From NCBI GenBank assembly GCA_965208575.1, contig CBDBOV010000003.1, forward strand, positions 32,001-96,000: a DNA stretch of 64,000 nt. Reading direction: 5' to 3'. Below the pieces are notes generated by a model. The model was not told the DNA's origin. It ran no database searches and saw only the letters and a list, made by a program, of their open reading frames with translations. The stretch's first letter is position 1; each line of letters opens with the position of its first letter. The DNA comes from Spirochaetia bacterium (GTDB lineage: Bacteria > Spirochaetota > Spirochaetia > SZUA-6 > Bin103). Both the position numbers and the translations under genes were made by a program. Shown here one piece after another: positions 19,981-29,253 of this stretch.

Positions 19981-22028
19981 TCAGCGGTCGAACCAGAGTT
20001 GGTCGGCCCAGTACATCAGGTTGCCTTTCCAGTCGGTGTTGGAGACCGGGAACTCGGTGGGCACGTTGCGCAGGTCGTTGTTGGTGAGCAGGACGGCCGG
20101 GGCTTCGCCGACGGTGCCGATCACGAACACGTTGTTGCCGGTGAATTCGAACATCTGCTGGGCCAGCTCGAACCACTCGTCGGAGCCGAACTCGGACAGC
20201 CTCAACTGGCGCCGCCAGTCCGGAACTGGCGCTGCCAGTCGAAGTAGCGCTTCCATTCCGCGGGCGGCTCGGTGCCCGGCAGCTCGCCGCCGTAGTCGGA
20301 CAGCTTGCGTTCGCCGCGCTCGATCAGCCGGCGCGCCTGCTCCCACTCGTCGTAGCTGCCGGTCATGTTGAAGTCGCCGTGCAGGCCGACGCCGCCGGAG
20401 CCGGGACCGTCGTTGATCCAGTTCCAGAACTCGGTGATGGCGTCGATGCCGCCCGGCTGCAGCATGAACTCGTCGGCGGCGATGTTCTCGCCCCAGGCGG
20501 CGTCGTCCACCAGCCGCGGCACCACGCGCAGGTCGACCTCCGCCCACTGCGCGATCTCCAACTCGAACAGCTTGCTGATGTCCACCGGGCCGCCGGTGCG
20601 CGCGGCGACCTGGATGGTCAGGTTGGAGCCGTCCGGGAAGGTGCGGAAGCCGTCGCGGTCGCGCCCGCTCAGGCCCACTTCGTCGAGCAGGCTGCCCGCC
20701 TGCTCGGGGTCGTGCTCGGCCCACAGCCACTGCCACTCCGGTTTGTAGAAGCGCGCGGTGGAGTGGATGGTGGCCGCGGTGGGCCGGCCAAGCCCCAGGA
20801 AGTACACCTCGTTCAACTCGTCGCGGTCCAGGGCCAGCGACATGGCGCGGCGGAAGCGCACGTCGTTGAACAGCGCGCGGTAGTTCTCCTCCTTGTAGGT
20901 GGGGTTGAACCCGAACGCGCGGCCCACGTCGACGCCGGGAATCAGCGAGATGGTGTAGTTGCCGCGCTCCTCGTTCTCCTTGTAGTCGGGCAGGGAGGCG
21001 AAGTTGGTCATGGTAATCGCCCAGTCCACCTCGCCGGCGATCGCCTTCAGGTTGAACACCTCGGTGTCGGCGCTCGGGGTGGTGAGGATGCCGTCGATGT
21101 AGGGCAGTTGCTGGCCCTCGGGATCGACCTTCCAGAAGTAGGGATTGCGCTCCCAGCGCTCGACCTGGGCGCTGATCTCCTTCGCGATCCACGGCATCAT
21201 GGTGGGAGTCTCCAGGCCGACGCCGCGGATAATGTCCCAGTGCGCCACCAGCGCCTCGGCCCAGGTGTCGTAGCCCTCCTCCTCGGCCAGCTTCTGGGCG
21301 TCCTCGTTGTAGCGGATGTGCCACTTCTTGAGATAGTTGCTCGGCGCGTACTGCACGTAGTTGCCGCCCTTCCAGGTAGTCCAGCCGGGAATGACCACGT
21401 AGTCGATCTGCGACATGTGGAACTGCATGGCGTGGTCGTCGATCTTGGTGATGCTGACCGCGGTGGTGGGCGTCTCGCCGGCGCGCCAGCCGGGGTCGAC
21501 GCGGTCGTCCCACTTCATGTCTTCCATCACGAACATCAGGTCGTCGACGATGAACGGGTCGCCGTTGGACCACCTGGTGCCGGGGCGCAACTCCAGGGTG
21601 ACGGTGAGTCCGTCGTCCGAAACCGCGTAACCGGCGGCGATGTTGGGCACGATCTCCAGCGTCTCCTGGTGCATGGTCAGCAGGTAGATGTCGAGCATCT
21701 GGGTGGTCATTTCGCCGCCGCGCTGGTTCATGAAGCCGACCGCCTCCGATACCCGCAGCGTGCCCCCGTACCTGCCGACGCCGTCGGCGAGCATCTCCTG
21801 CACCACCGGATCGAACGGGATGCGCTCCTCGACCGGCGGCAACTCGCCCGCGGCAACCCGCGCCGCCAGCATCGGCGCCTCGCTGAACCGCCCGCTCATC
21901 GCCGCGCCGGCCCCGGCGGAAGCGCCCTGCTCCGCCTCGCCGGTAGCGAACGCCGCCACCGGCAACGCCAGCAGCAGGACGCCCGCCGCCAGCCACCGCC
22001 ACGTCATTGCAATCTTCGCCACAGACAT
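19981..22028 (-). pseudogene. ABC transporter substrate-binding protein family 5, copy 1, frameshifted (608-aa product)
   Basis: Signal peptide, GELPPVEERIP and GQQLPYID motifs; 20-bp insertion at 20201-20220 moves the last ~70 codons out of frame. Confidence 0.88.
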
Positions 22029-22040
22029 GCTCCGCGCCCA

Positions 22041-22068
22041 ATTGTATCAAACTTGGGCCGACGGTCAA
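22041..22068 (-). promoter_or_regulatory. Promoter of SBP copy 1 (TTGACC-16-TACAAT, extended TGn -10)
   Basis: Both hexamers are conserved in copy 2 despite divergence of the surrounding sequence. Confidence 0.65.
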
Positions 22069-22253
22069 CGGCTACAACGCTGCCACCCGCTACGGCGCCG
22101 CAACCGGAGTAGGGAGCAAGCGCCAGCGCCAACAGCGGTACGCCGACTGCGCCGCCGTTGGTTGACATAACGGAGCAAGTTCGTGTCATTGTATCATGGT
22201 TGGCCGGTCGTCGAGCCGCACCACCAAACAGCGGCCGTCGCGGAGGTATCCTG

Positions 22254-22598
22254 GTGCAGAACGGAACCGCAGTGCCGGTTCAGGACGACGAAGGACTGAA
22301 ACAGATAGCGACAATCGCCCGGGAGGGCCTGGAGCAGTACAAGGTTCGGTTCAAGTTTCAGGTAGTGGTGGACCGCGAGTCGAACGACTACGGTGACAGC
22401 GACGGCGAACCGTACTTGGATATCGCTATCATATGTGATGTCAATAACGTCGACGAATTAGGAGCATCTGATCTGGTTGGTTACTTGATGACGCTGCGAG
22501 ATAAGCTGGTCGAGATCGGCGTGGAGGAGTTTCCGGTGCCGTCATTCTTTTTGAAATCAGAGTGGGAGGGGCTGAACAAGCACAGTGGATCCCCATAA
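22254..22598 (+). CDS. Small acidic protein, putative degenerate nucleotidyltransferase-like (MNT) antitoxin
   Basis: GGAGG RBS before GTG; DSDGEPYLDIAII motif; overlaps the downstream HEPN gene. Confidence 0.55.
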   Translation: MQNGTAVPVQDDEGLKQIATIAREGLEQYKVRFKFQVVVDRESNDYGDSDGEPYLDIAIICDVNNVDELGASDLVGYLMTLRDKLVEIGVEEFPVPSFFLKSEWEGLNKHSGSP

Positions 22599-23043
22599 GC
22601 TCTTGGCGGCGGCACGGGACCTCGTTCACTCGGGTATACAGGGCAACAGAGTAACTGATGAGTACCTTCGGCGATCTGTCAGCACGATCTACTATGCGCT
22701 ATTCCAGTGTTTGTCGAGATCCAATGCCGATGCGTTGGTTGGCGGCCCAAGGGCGCGGCGTGATCAGGAAGAGTGGGATTTGGCTTACCGTGCGATGGAT
22801 CACAGGAAGGCACTCAATCGTTGCCGCAGAAATGACGAGGTGAAGAGGTTCCCAGTAGAGATTCAGAGGTTTGCCAACCTGTTCTGTATAGCACAGGAAC
22901 AGAGGATCAAGGCGGACTATGATCCGCACGCAAGGTTTTCAGGCGGTTCGGTTCTGGTCGCGATAACATTCGCCACCATTATCATACAAAGATTCCGCGC
23001 GCTGCCGCGTCATAGTCGACGGGCGTTCGCGATTTATTGCTGA
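22585..23043 (+). CDS. HEPN domain protein (putative toxin)
   Basis: RRSVSTIYYALF and R.KADYD motifs typical of HEPN. Confidence 0.75.
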   Translation: MDPHKLLAAARDLVHSGIQGNRVTDEYLRRSVSTIYYALFQCLSRSNADALVGGPRARRDQEEWDLAYRAMDHRKALNRCRRNDEVKRFPVEIQRFANLFCIAQEQRIKADYDPHARFSGGSVLVAITFATIIIQRFRALPRHSRRAFAIYC

Positions 23044-23045
23044 TC

Positions 23046-23078
23046 GACAAGAGGCGGGGATAGCGGCGTCCCTCTGTC
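23046..23078. terminator. Hairpin between the convergent HEPN and SBP copy 2 stop codons
   Basis: GACAAGAGG...CCTCTGTC stem with one bulge; no U tract. Confidence 0.35.
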
Positions 23079-25124
23079 AGCGGTCGAACCAGAGTTGGTC
23101 GGCCCAGTACATCAGGTTGCCTTTCCAGTCGGTGTTGGAGACCGGGAACTCGGTGGGCACGTTGCGCAGGTCGTTGTTGGTGAGCAGGACGGCGGGGGCT
23201 TCGCCGACGGTGCCGATCACGAACACGTTGTTGCCGGTGAATTCGAACATCTTCTGAGCCAGCTCGAACCACTCGCCGGAGCCGAACTCGGACAGCCTCA
23301 ACTGGCGCCGCCAGTCCGGAACTGGCGCTGCCAGTCGAAGTAGCGCTTCCATTCCGCGGGCGGCTCGGTGCCCGGCAGCTCGCCGCCGTAGTCGGACAGC
23401 TTGCGTTCGCCGCGCTCGATCAGCCGGCGCGCCTGCTCCCACTCGTCGTAGCTGCCGGTCATGTTGAAGTCGCCGTGCAGGCCGACGCCGCCGGAGCCGG
23501 GACCGTCGTTGATCCAGTTCCAGAACTCGGTGATGGCGTCGATGCCGCCCGGCTGCAGCATGAACTCGTCGGCGGCGATGTTCTCGCCCCAGGCGGCGTC
23601 GTCCACCAGCCGCGGCACCACGCGCAGGTCGACCTCCGCCCACTGCGCGATCTCCAGCTCGAACAGCTTGCTGATGTCCACCGGGCCGCCGGTGCGCGCG
23701 GCGACCTGGATGGTCAGGTTGGAGCCGTCCGGGAAGGTGCGGAAGCCGTCGCGGTCGCGCCCGCTCAGGCCCACTTCGTCGAGCAGGCTGCCCGCCTGTT
23801 CGGGGTCGTGCTCGGCCCACAGCCACTGCCACTCCGGTTTGTAGAAGCGCGCGGTGGAATGGATGGTGGCCGCGGTGGGCCGCCCGAGCCCCAGGAAGTA
23901 CACCTCGTTCAACTCGTCGCGGTCCAGGGCCAGCGACATGGCGCGGCGGAAGCGCACGTCGTTGAACAGCGCGCGGTAGTTCTCCTCCTTGTAGGTGGGG
24001 TTGAACCCGAACGCGCGGCCCACGTCGACGCCGGGAATCAGCGAGATGGTGTAGTTGCCGCGCTCCTCGTTCTCCTTGTAGTCGGGCAGGGAGGCGAAGT
24101 TGGTCATGGTAATCGCCCAGTCCACCTCGCCGGCGATCGCCTTCAGGTTGAACACCTCGGTGTCGGCGCTCGGGGTGGTGAGGATGCCGTCGATGTAGGG
24201 CAGTTGCTGGCCCTCGGGATCGACCTTCCAGAAGTAGGGATTGCGCTCCCAGCGCTCGACCTGGGCGCTGATCTCCTTCGCGATCCACGGCATCATGGTG
24301 GGAGTCTCCAGCCCGACGCCGCGGATAATGTCCCAGTGCGCCACCAGCGCCTCGGCCCAGGTGTCGTAGCCCTCCTCCTCGGCCAGCTTCTGGGCGTCCT
24401 CGTTGTAGCGGATGTGCCACTTCTTGAGATAGTTGCTCGGCGCGTACTGCACGTAGTTGCCGCCCTTCCAGGTGGTCCAGCCGGGAATGACCACGTAGTC
24501 GATCTGCGACATGTGGAACTGCATGGCGTGGTCGTCGATCTTGGTGATGCTGACCGCGGTGGTGGGCGTCTCGCCGGCGCGCCAGCCGGGGTCGACGCGG
24601 TCGTCCCACTTCATGTCTTCCATCACGAACATCAGGTCGTCGACGATGAACGGGTCGCCGTTGGACCACCTGGTGCCGGGGCGCAACTCCAGGGTGACGG
24701 TGAGTCCGTCGTCCGAAACCGCGTAGCCGGCGGCGATGTTGGGCACGATCTCCAGCGTCTCCTGGTGCATGGTCAGCAGGTAGATGTCGAGCATCTGGGT
24801 GGTCATTTCGCCGCCGCGCTGGTTCATGAAGCCGACCGCCTCCGACACCCGCAGCGTGCCGCCGTACCTGCCGACGCCGTCGGCGAGCATGTCCTGCACC
24901 ACCGGGTCGAACGGGATGCGCTCCTCGACCGGCGGCAACTCGCCCGCGGCAACCCGCGCCGCCAGCATCGGCGCCTCGCTGAACCGCCCGCCCATCGCCG
25001 CACCGGCCCCGGCGGAAGCGCCCTGCTCCGCCTCGCCGGTAGCGAACGCCGCCACCGGCAGCGCCAGCAGCAGGACGCCCGCCGCCAGCCATCGCCACCT
25101 CATCCCGATCTTTGCCACAGACAC
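23077..25124 (-). pseudogene. ABC SBP family 5, copy 2, frameshifted (608-aa product)
   Basis: Near-identical to copy 1; the same 20-bp insertion at 23297-23316. Confidence 0.88.
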
Positions 25125-25136
25125 GCTCTGGCCCCG

Positions 25137-25164
25137 ATTGTATCACACTTGGGCCGGCGGTCAA
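25137..25164 (-). promoter_or_regulatory. Promoter of SBP copy 2 (TTGACC-16-TACAAT, extended -10)
   Basis: Same hexamers and spacing as copy 1. Confidence 0.65.
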
Positions 25165-25473
25165 CGGCTGCGACGCTGCCACGCATTACGGCGCCACGGC
25201 CGGGGTAGGGATTGATCCGAGAACTACCGCGTCCACGTTTTCGCGCAGCCAGGCGGGGTGGTCCGCCGGCGATGGCCATCGAGGCTCGGCACCGAGACGC
25301 CCGATCGTTGCCGCAATCGGGTGAAGCATGAACTTGACACTGCCGTTGGCGGACTACGTTCGGTGCCCAGCCCGATGGCGAACGAGGGGCAGCGGAGCAA
25401 CTGGCACGGGCGAGCCGGAGAAGGCGAATCGGCCAGCCGCGCGACAAGTACTTCCAGCGGGGTGTTCTCGAGA

Positions 25474-25986
25474 TCACACACTGCTCTGCGAGCTCAACCG
25501 AATGATCGGGGAATTCGGAAAACTGAGGTTCCACGTTTGCATGTTGAACACGCCAACACGGCGCACGAGAGGTCTCCGCCACTTCTGGCCCTTGGGCCCA
25601 AGACGAGGAAGCTTTCTTCTCAATTCGGTGTGTCTTTGGAGCAACAGGGGTTTCGGAATACCGGTGATTATCACGAAGTAGTCTATCGGCTTGGCGGCCT
25701 TACCGGAGGCCCATTCATAGAGAAATGTATCGCGAAACTTGTACGTGAGCGAGTCGTCAAGAACACCGCTCTTGAACTCGCCCATGAAGCGCTTTAAACT
25801 GGGAACTGATGTCTGTGGGTTGCGGGGGTCCTTCAGTTCGATGAACTGATAGTGCCGCTGCATCTCGACAACGAAGTCGACAGCCTTCATGCAGTGACTG
25901 AGTCCGTGCACAAGAGGGTCGTCGAATCTACGCGCGTTCAGCGGGTTATTGAACGTAATCTGCAGGTCCCCCTCTACCAGGGTCAC
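25474..25986 (-). CDS. Putative PD-(D/E)XK nuclease-fold protein
   Basis: KAVDFVVE...FIELKD motif; translationally coupled (GTGA) to the ATPase. Confidence 0.6.
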   Translation of the reverse strand: MTLVEGDLQITFNNPLNARRFDDPLVHGLSHCMKAVDFVVEMQRHYQFIELKDPRNPQTSVPSLKRFMGEFKSGVLDDSLTYKFRDTFLYEWASGKAAKPIDYFVIITGIPKPLLLQRHTELRRKLPRLGPKGQKWRRPLVRRVGVFNMQTWNLSFPNSPIIRLSSQSSV

Positions 25987-27005
25987 GGCGTCTGTGCTCC
26001 GATTGTCCGCTCGATCTCCCGGTCATAGAGGTCGTCGAATGTAGCGGCAATCGCATTGGGATCGATGTAATCGAACTGGGCGGTCGAGTGACACATGATG
26101 TCACCCGTGTCAACGTCACGGTACAGTGAATGGTACATTATCTGGTCACCCTCCTCAGTGCGTAGGTCAAGTTCCTTGAGAATGACGTAGTCGTGGGTAG
26201 CCAGCAGTACTTGGAGACCGGTGCGCTGCAACTCCAGCAGAACGTCGATAACGGTGCCGAACAGCCCCGGATTCAGGTTCGTTTCCGGTTCGTCCCACAT
26301 TAGCACGGTGCCATCCCGGAGAGTGCCATTCTGGACAAGTATCCAGAGCAAGGCCAGTTTGCGTGTACCTTCTGCGAGGAGCGAGAACTCGATATTCCCG
26401 TGTCTGCTGGAAAGAAAGAACTCTTCATTCTTTACCGTGACGCGACCACCTATTGCCTTATTGAAGGTACGAAGAACACGCTTGTGAACGGCGTCGACAG
26501 ACTCGCGTAGTGGCGGGACATATGCACGATCGATAATATCTGCGTAGGTGTCGTCGAAGTGTATCTCTCGGGAGGCATGGAGGGAACGGAACCCCGGTGC
26601 GTTCGCGAGCAATTCCTTGACGGGTATGTAAACGCTATTGAGAGGATCGGTGCGCCAAATCCGCGCACGTTGTGCCTTAAGTGACGATGTAGAAGTGGTG
26701 TGGTTGGAGAACTTCAGGACCATCCTGTGCGTTCCCCGAAATACTCTTATGGTTGCGCTATTGCTGCCACTCTTTCGAGTGACAAGTCGACCTATGGAAC
26801 TACCGGACGGAAGAAATACTCGCACGAGTTTTTCGGCAAACCGAGAGTCCTGTCGGTATGCTTCGCAAGCAGCGTAGCACACCTTCATGAGATGAGTCTT
26901 GCCAGTACCGTTGGCTCCTAGCACGACGTTGATTCCTGGCGAAAGGTCAAGTGCAAGTTTGGAAAATGCGGTGAAGTTCTCCAGTTCTATTCTCGTTAGT
27001 GGCAC
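25983..27005 (-). CDS. Soluble ABC-family (AAA_15/AAA_21-like) ATPase
   Basis: Walker A GANGTGKT, signature LAEGTRK, Walker B WDEPE, H-loop ATHD; GGAGG RBS before GTG 27005. Confidence 0.88.
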   Translation of the reverse strand: MPLTRIELENFTAFSKLALDLSPGINVVLGANGTGKTHLMKVCYAACEAYRQDSRFAEKLVRVFLPSGSSIGRLVTRKSGSNSATIRVFRGTHRMVLKFSNHTTSTSSLKAQRARIWRTDPLNSVYIPVKELLANAPGFRSLHASREIHFDDTYADIIDRAYVPPLRESVDAVHKRVLRTFNKAIGGRVTVKNEEFFLSSRHGNIEFSLLAEGTRKLALLWILVQNGTLRDGTVLMWDEPETNLNPGLFGTVIDVLLELQRTGLQVLLATHDYVILKELDLRTEEGDQIMYHSLYRDVDTGDIMCHSTAQFDYIDPNAIAATFDDLYDREIERTIGAQTP

Positions 27006-27145
27006 GTAATTGCCTCCACTCGGATGTGCGCTCCCAGCACCAAAGGTCAAGCACCGGTGTACCGGGTTGCCGGGCACCAGGAACGGCGACAACCCTCACA
27101 ACCGGACTGGGAGCGCTCAGACGCTTCCGGGCAGCGCGGGATTCG

Positions 27146-29164
27146 CTAGCGGTCGAACCAGAGTTGGTCGGCCCAGTACATGAGGTTGCCTTTCCAGTCG
27201 GTGTTGGAGACCGGGAACTCGGTGGGCACGTTGCGCAGGTCGTTGTTGGTGAGCAGGACGGCGGGGGCTTCGCCGACGGTGCCGATCACGAACACGTTGT
27301 TGCCGGTGAATTCGAACATCTTCTGGGCCAGCTCGAACCACTCGTCGGAGCCGAACTCGGACAGCCGGAACTGGCGCTGCCAGTCGAAGTAGCGCTTCCA
27401 TTCCGCGGGCGGCTCGGTGCCCGGCAGCTCGCCGCCGTAGTCGGACAGCTTGCGTTCGCCGCGCTCGATCAGCCGGCGCGCCTGCTCCCACTCGTCGTAG
27501 CTGCCGGTCATGTTGAAGTCGCCGTGCAGGCCGACGCCGCCGGAGCCGGGGCCGTCGTTGATCCAGTTCCAGAACTCGGTGATGGCGTCGATGCCGCCCG
27601 GCTGCAGCATGAACTCGTCGGCGGCGATGTTCTCGCCCCAGGCGGCGTCGTCCACCAGCCGCGGCACCACGCGCAGGTCGACCTCCGCCCACTGCGCGAT
27701 CTCCAACTCGAACAGCTTGCTGATGTCCACCGGGCCGCCGGTGCGCGCGGCGACCTGGATGGTCAGGTTGGAGCCGTCCGGGAAGGTGCGGAAGCCGTCG
27801 CGGTCGCGCCCGCTCAGGCCCACTTCGTCGAGCAGGCTGCCCGCCTGTTCGGGGTCGTGCTCGGCCCACAGCCACTGCCACTCCGGTTTGTAGAAGCGCG
27901 CGGTGGAATGGATGGTGGCCGCGGTGGGCCGCCCGAGCCCCAGGAAGTACACCTCGTTCAACTCGTCGCGGTCCAGCGCCAGCGACATGGCGCGGCGGAA
28001 GCGCACGTCGTTGAACAGCGCGCGGTAGTTCTCCTCCTTGTAGGTGGGGTTGAACCCGAACGCGCGGCCCACGTCGACGCCGGGAATCAGCGAGATGGTG
28101 TAGTTGCCGCGCTCCTCGTTCTCCTTGTAGTCGGGCAGGGAGGCGAAGTTGGTCATGGTAATCGCCCAGTCCACCTCGCCGGCGATCGCCTTCAGGTTGA
28201 ACACCTCGGTGTCGGCGCTCGGCGTGGTGAGGATGCCGTCGATGTAGGGCAGTTGCTGGCCCTCGGGATCGACCTTCCAGAAGTAGGGATTGCGCTCCCA
28301 GTGCTCGACCTGGGCGCTGATCTCCTTCGCGATCCACGGCATCATGGTGGGAGTCTCCAGGCCGACGCCGCGGATAATGTCCCAGTGCGCCACCAGCGCC
28401 TCGGCCCAGGTGTCGTAGCCCTCCTCCTCGGCCAGCTTCTGGGCGTCCTCGTTGTAGCGGATGTGCCACTTCTTGAGATAGTTGCTCGGCGCGTACTGCA
28501 CGTAGTTGCCGCCCTTCCAGGTAGTCCAGCCGGGAATGACCACGTAGTCGATCTGCGACATGTGGAACTGCATGGCGTGGTCGTCGATCTTGGTGATGCT
28601 GACCGCGGTGGTGGGCGTCTCGCCGGCGCGCCAGCCGGGGTCGACGCGGTCGTCCCACTTCATGTCTTCCATCACGAACATCAGGTCGTCGACGATGAAC
28701 GGGTCGCCGTTGGACCACCTGGTGCCGGGGCGCAACTCCAGGGTGACGGTGAGTCCGTCGTCCGAAACCGCGTAACCGGCGGCGATGTTGGGCACGATCT
28801 CCAGCGTCTCCTGGTGCATGGTCAGCAGGTAGATGTCGAGCATCTGGGTGGTCATTTCGCCGCCGCGCTGGTTCATGAAGCCGACCGCCTCCGATACCCG
28901 CAGCGTGCCGCCGTACCTGCCGACGCCGTCGGCGAGCATCTCCTGCACCACCGGATCGAACGGGATGCGCTCCTCGACCGGCGGCAACTCGCCCGCGGCA
29001 ACCCGCGCCGCCAGCATCGGCGCCTCGCTGAACCGCCCGCCCATCGCTGCACCGGCCCCGGCGGAAGCGCTCTGCTCCGCCTCGCCGGTCGCGAACACCA
29101 CCACCGGCGCGAGCAGCAGGACACCCGCCGCCAGCCATCGCCACAACATCCCGATCTTGCCCAT
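27146..29164 (-). CDS. ABC SBP family 5, copy 3, intact
   Basis: Uninterrupted ORF ending WADQLWFDR; lacks the 20-bp insertion. Confidence 0.92.
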   Translation of the reverse strand: MGKIGMLWRWLAAGVLLLAPVVVFATGEAEQSASAGAGAAMGGRFSEAPMLAARVAAGELPPVEERIPFDPVVQEMLADGVGRYGGTLRVSEAVGFMNQRGGEMTTQMLDIYLLTMHQETLEIVPNIAAGYAVSDDGLTVTLELRPGTRWSNGDPFIVDDLMFVMEDMKWDDRVDPGWRAGETPTTAVSITKIDDHAMQFHMSQIDYVVIPGWTTWKGGNYVQYAPSNYLKKWHIRYNEDAQKLAEEEGYDTWAEALVAHWDIIRGVGLETPTMMPWIAKEISAQVEHWERNPYFWKVDPEGQQLPYIDGILTTPSADTEVFNLKAIAGEVDWAITMTNFASLPDYKENEERGNYTISLIPGVDVGRAFGFNPTYKEENYRALFNDVRFRRAMSLALDRDELNEVYFLGLGRPTAATIHSTARFYKPEWQWLWAEHDPEQAGSLLDEVGLSGRDRDGFRTFPDGSNLTIQVAARTGGPVDISKLFELEIAQWAEVDLRVVPRLVDDAAWGENIAADEFMLQPGGIDAITEFWNWINDGPGSGGVGLHGDFNMTGSYDEWEQARRLIERGERKLSDYGGELPGTEPPAEWKRYFDWQRQFRLSEFGSDEWFELAQKMFEFTGNNVFVIGTVGEAPAVLLTNNDLRNVPTEFPVSNTDWKGNLMYWADQLWFDR

Positions 29165-29182
29165 GTCCACCCTCAAGATGAC

Positions 29183-29210
29183 ATCATAACGGACCACCCG
29201 CGCCCGTCAA
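29183..29210 (-). promoter_or_regulatory. Promoter of SBP copy 3 (TTGACG-16-TATGAT)
   Basis: Consensus-like hexamers; surrounding sequence differs from copies 1 and 2. Confidence 0.55.
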
Positions 29211-29253
29211 CCGGTCGTCGCGATCCGCCGCGGTCGCGGCTCGGCTGGGCGGT

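Larger units (their letters stand above)
19981..29164 (-). repeat. Three ~2-kb direct repeats (SBP paralogues) separated by unique spacers of about 1 and 2 kb
   Basis: Direct alignment by eye; only scattered SNPs in the core. Confidence 0.95.

Noticed and set aside
25215-25473. Spacer between the nuclease gene and the SBP copy 2 promoter as a MITE or small gene
   Set aside because: No terminal inverted repeats, target duplication or convincing ORF found
19981-29164. Classical integron, CRISPR array or diversity-generating retroelement as an explanation of the repeats
   Set aside because: No integrase, attC, cas or reverse transcriptase gene seen; differences are not adenine-specific
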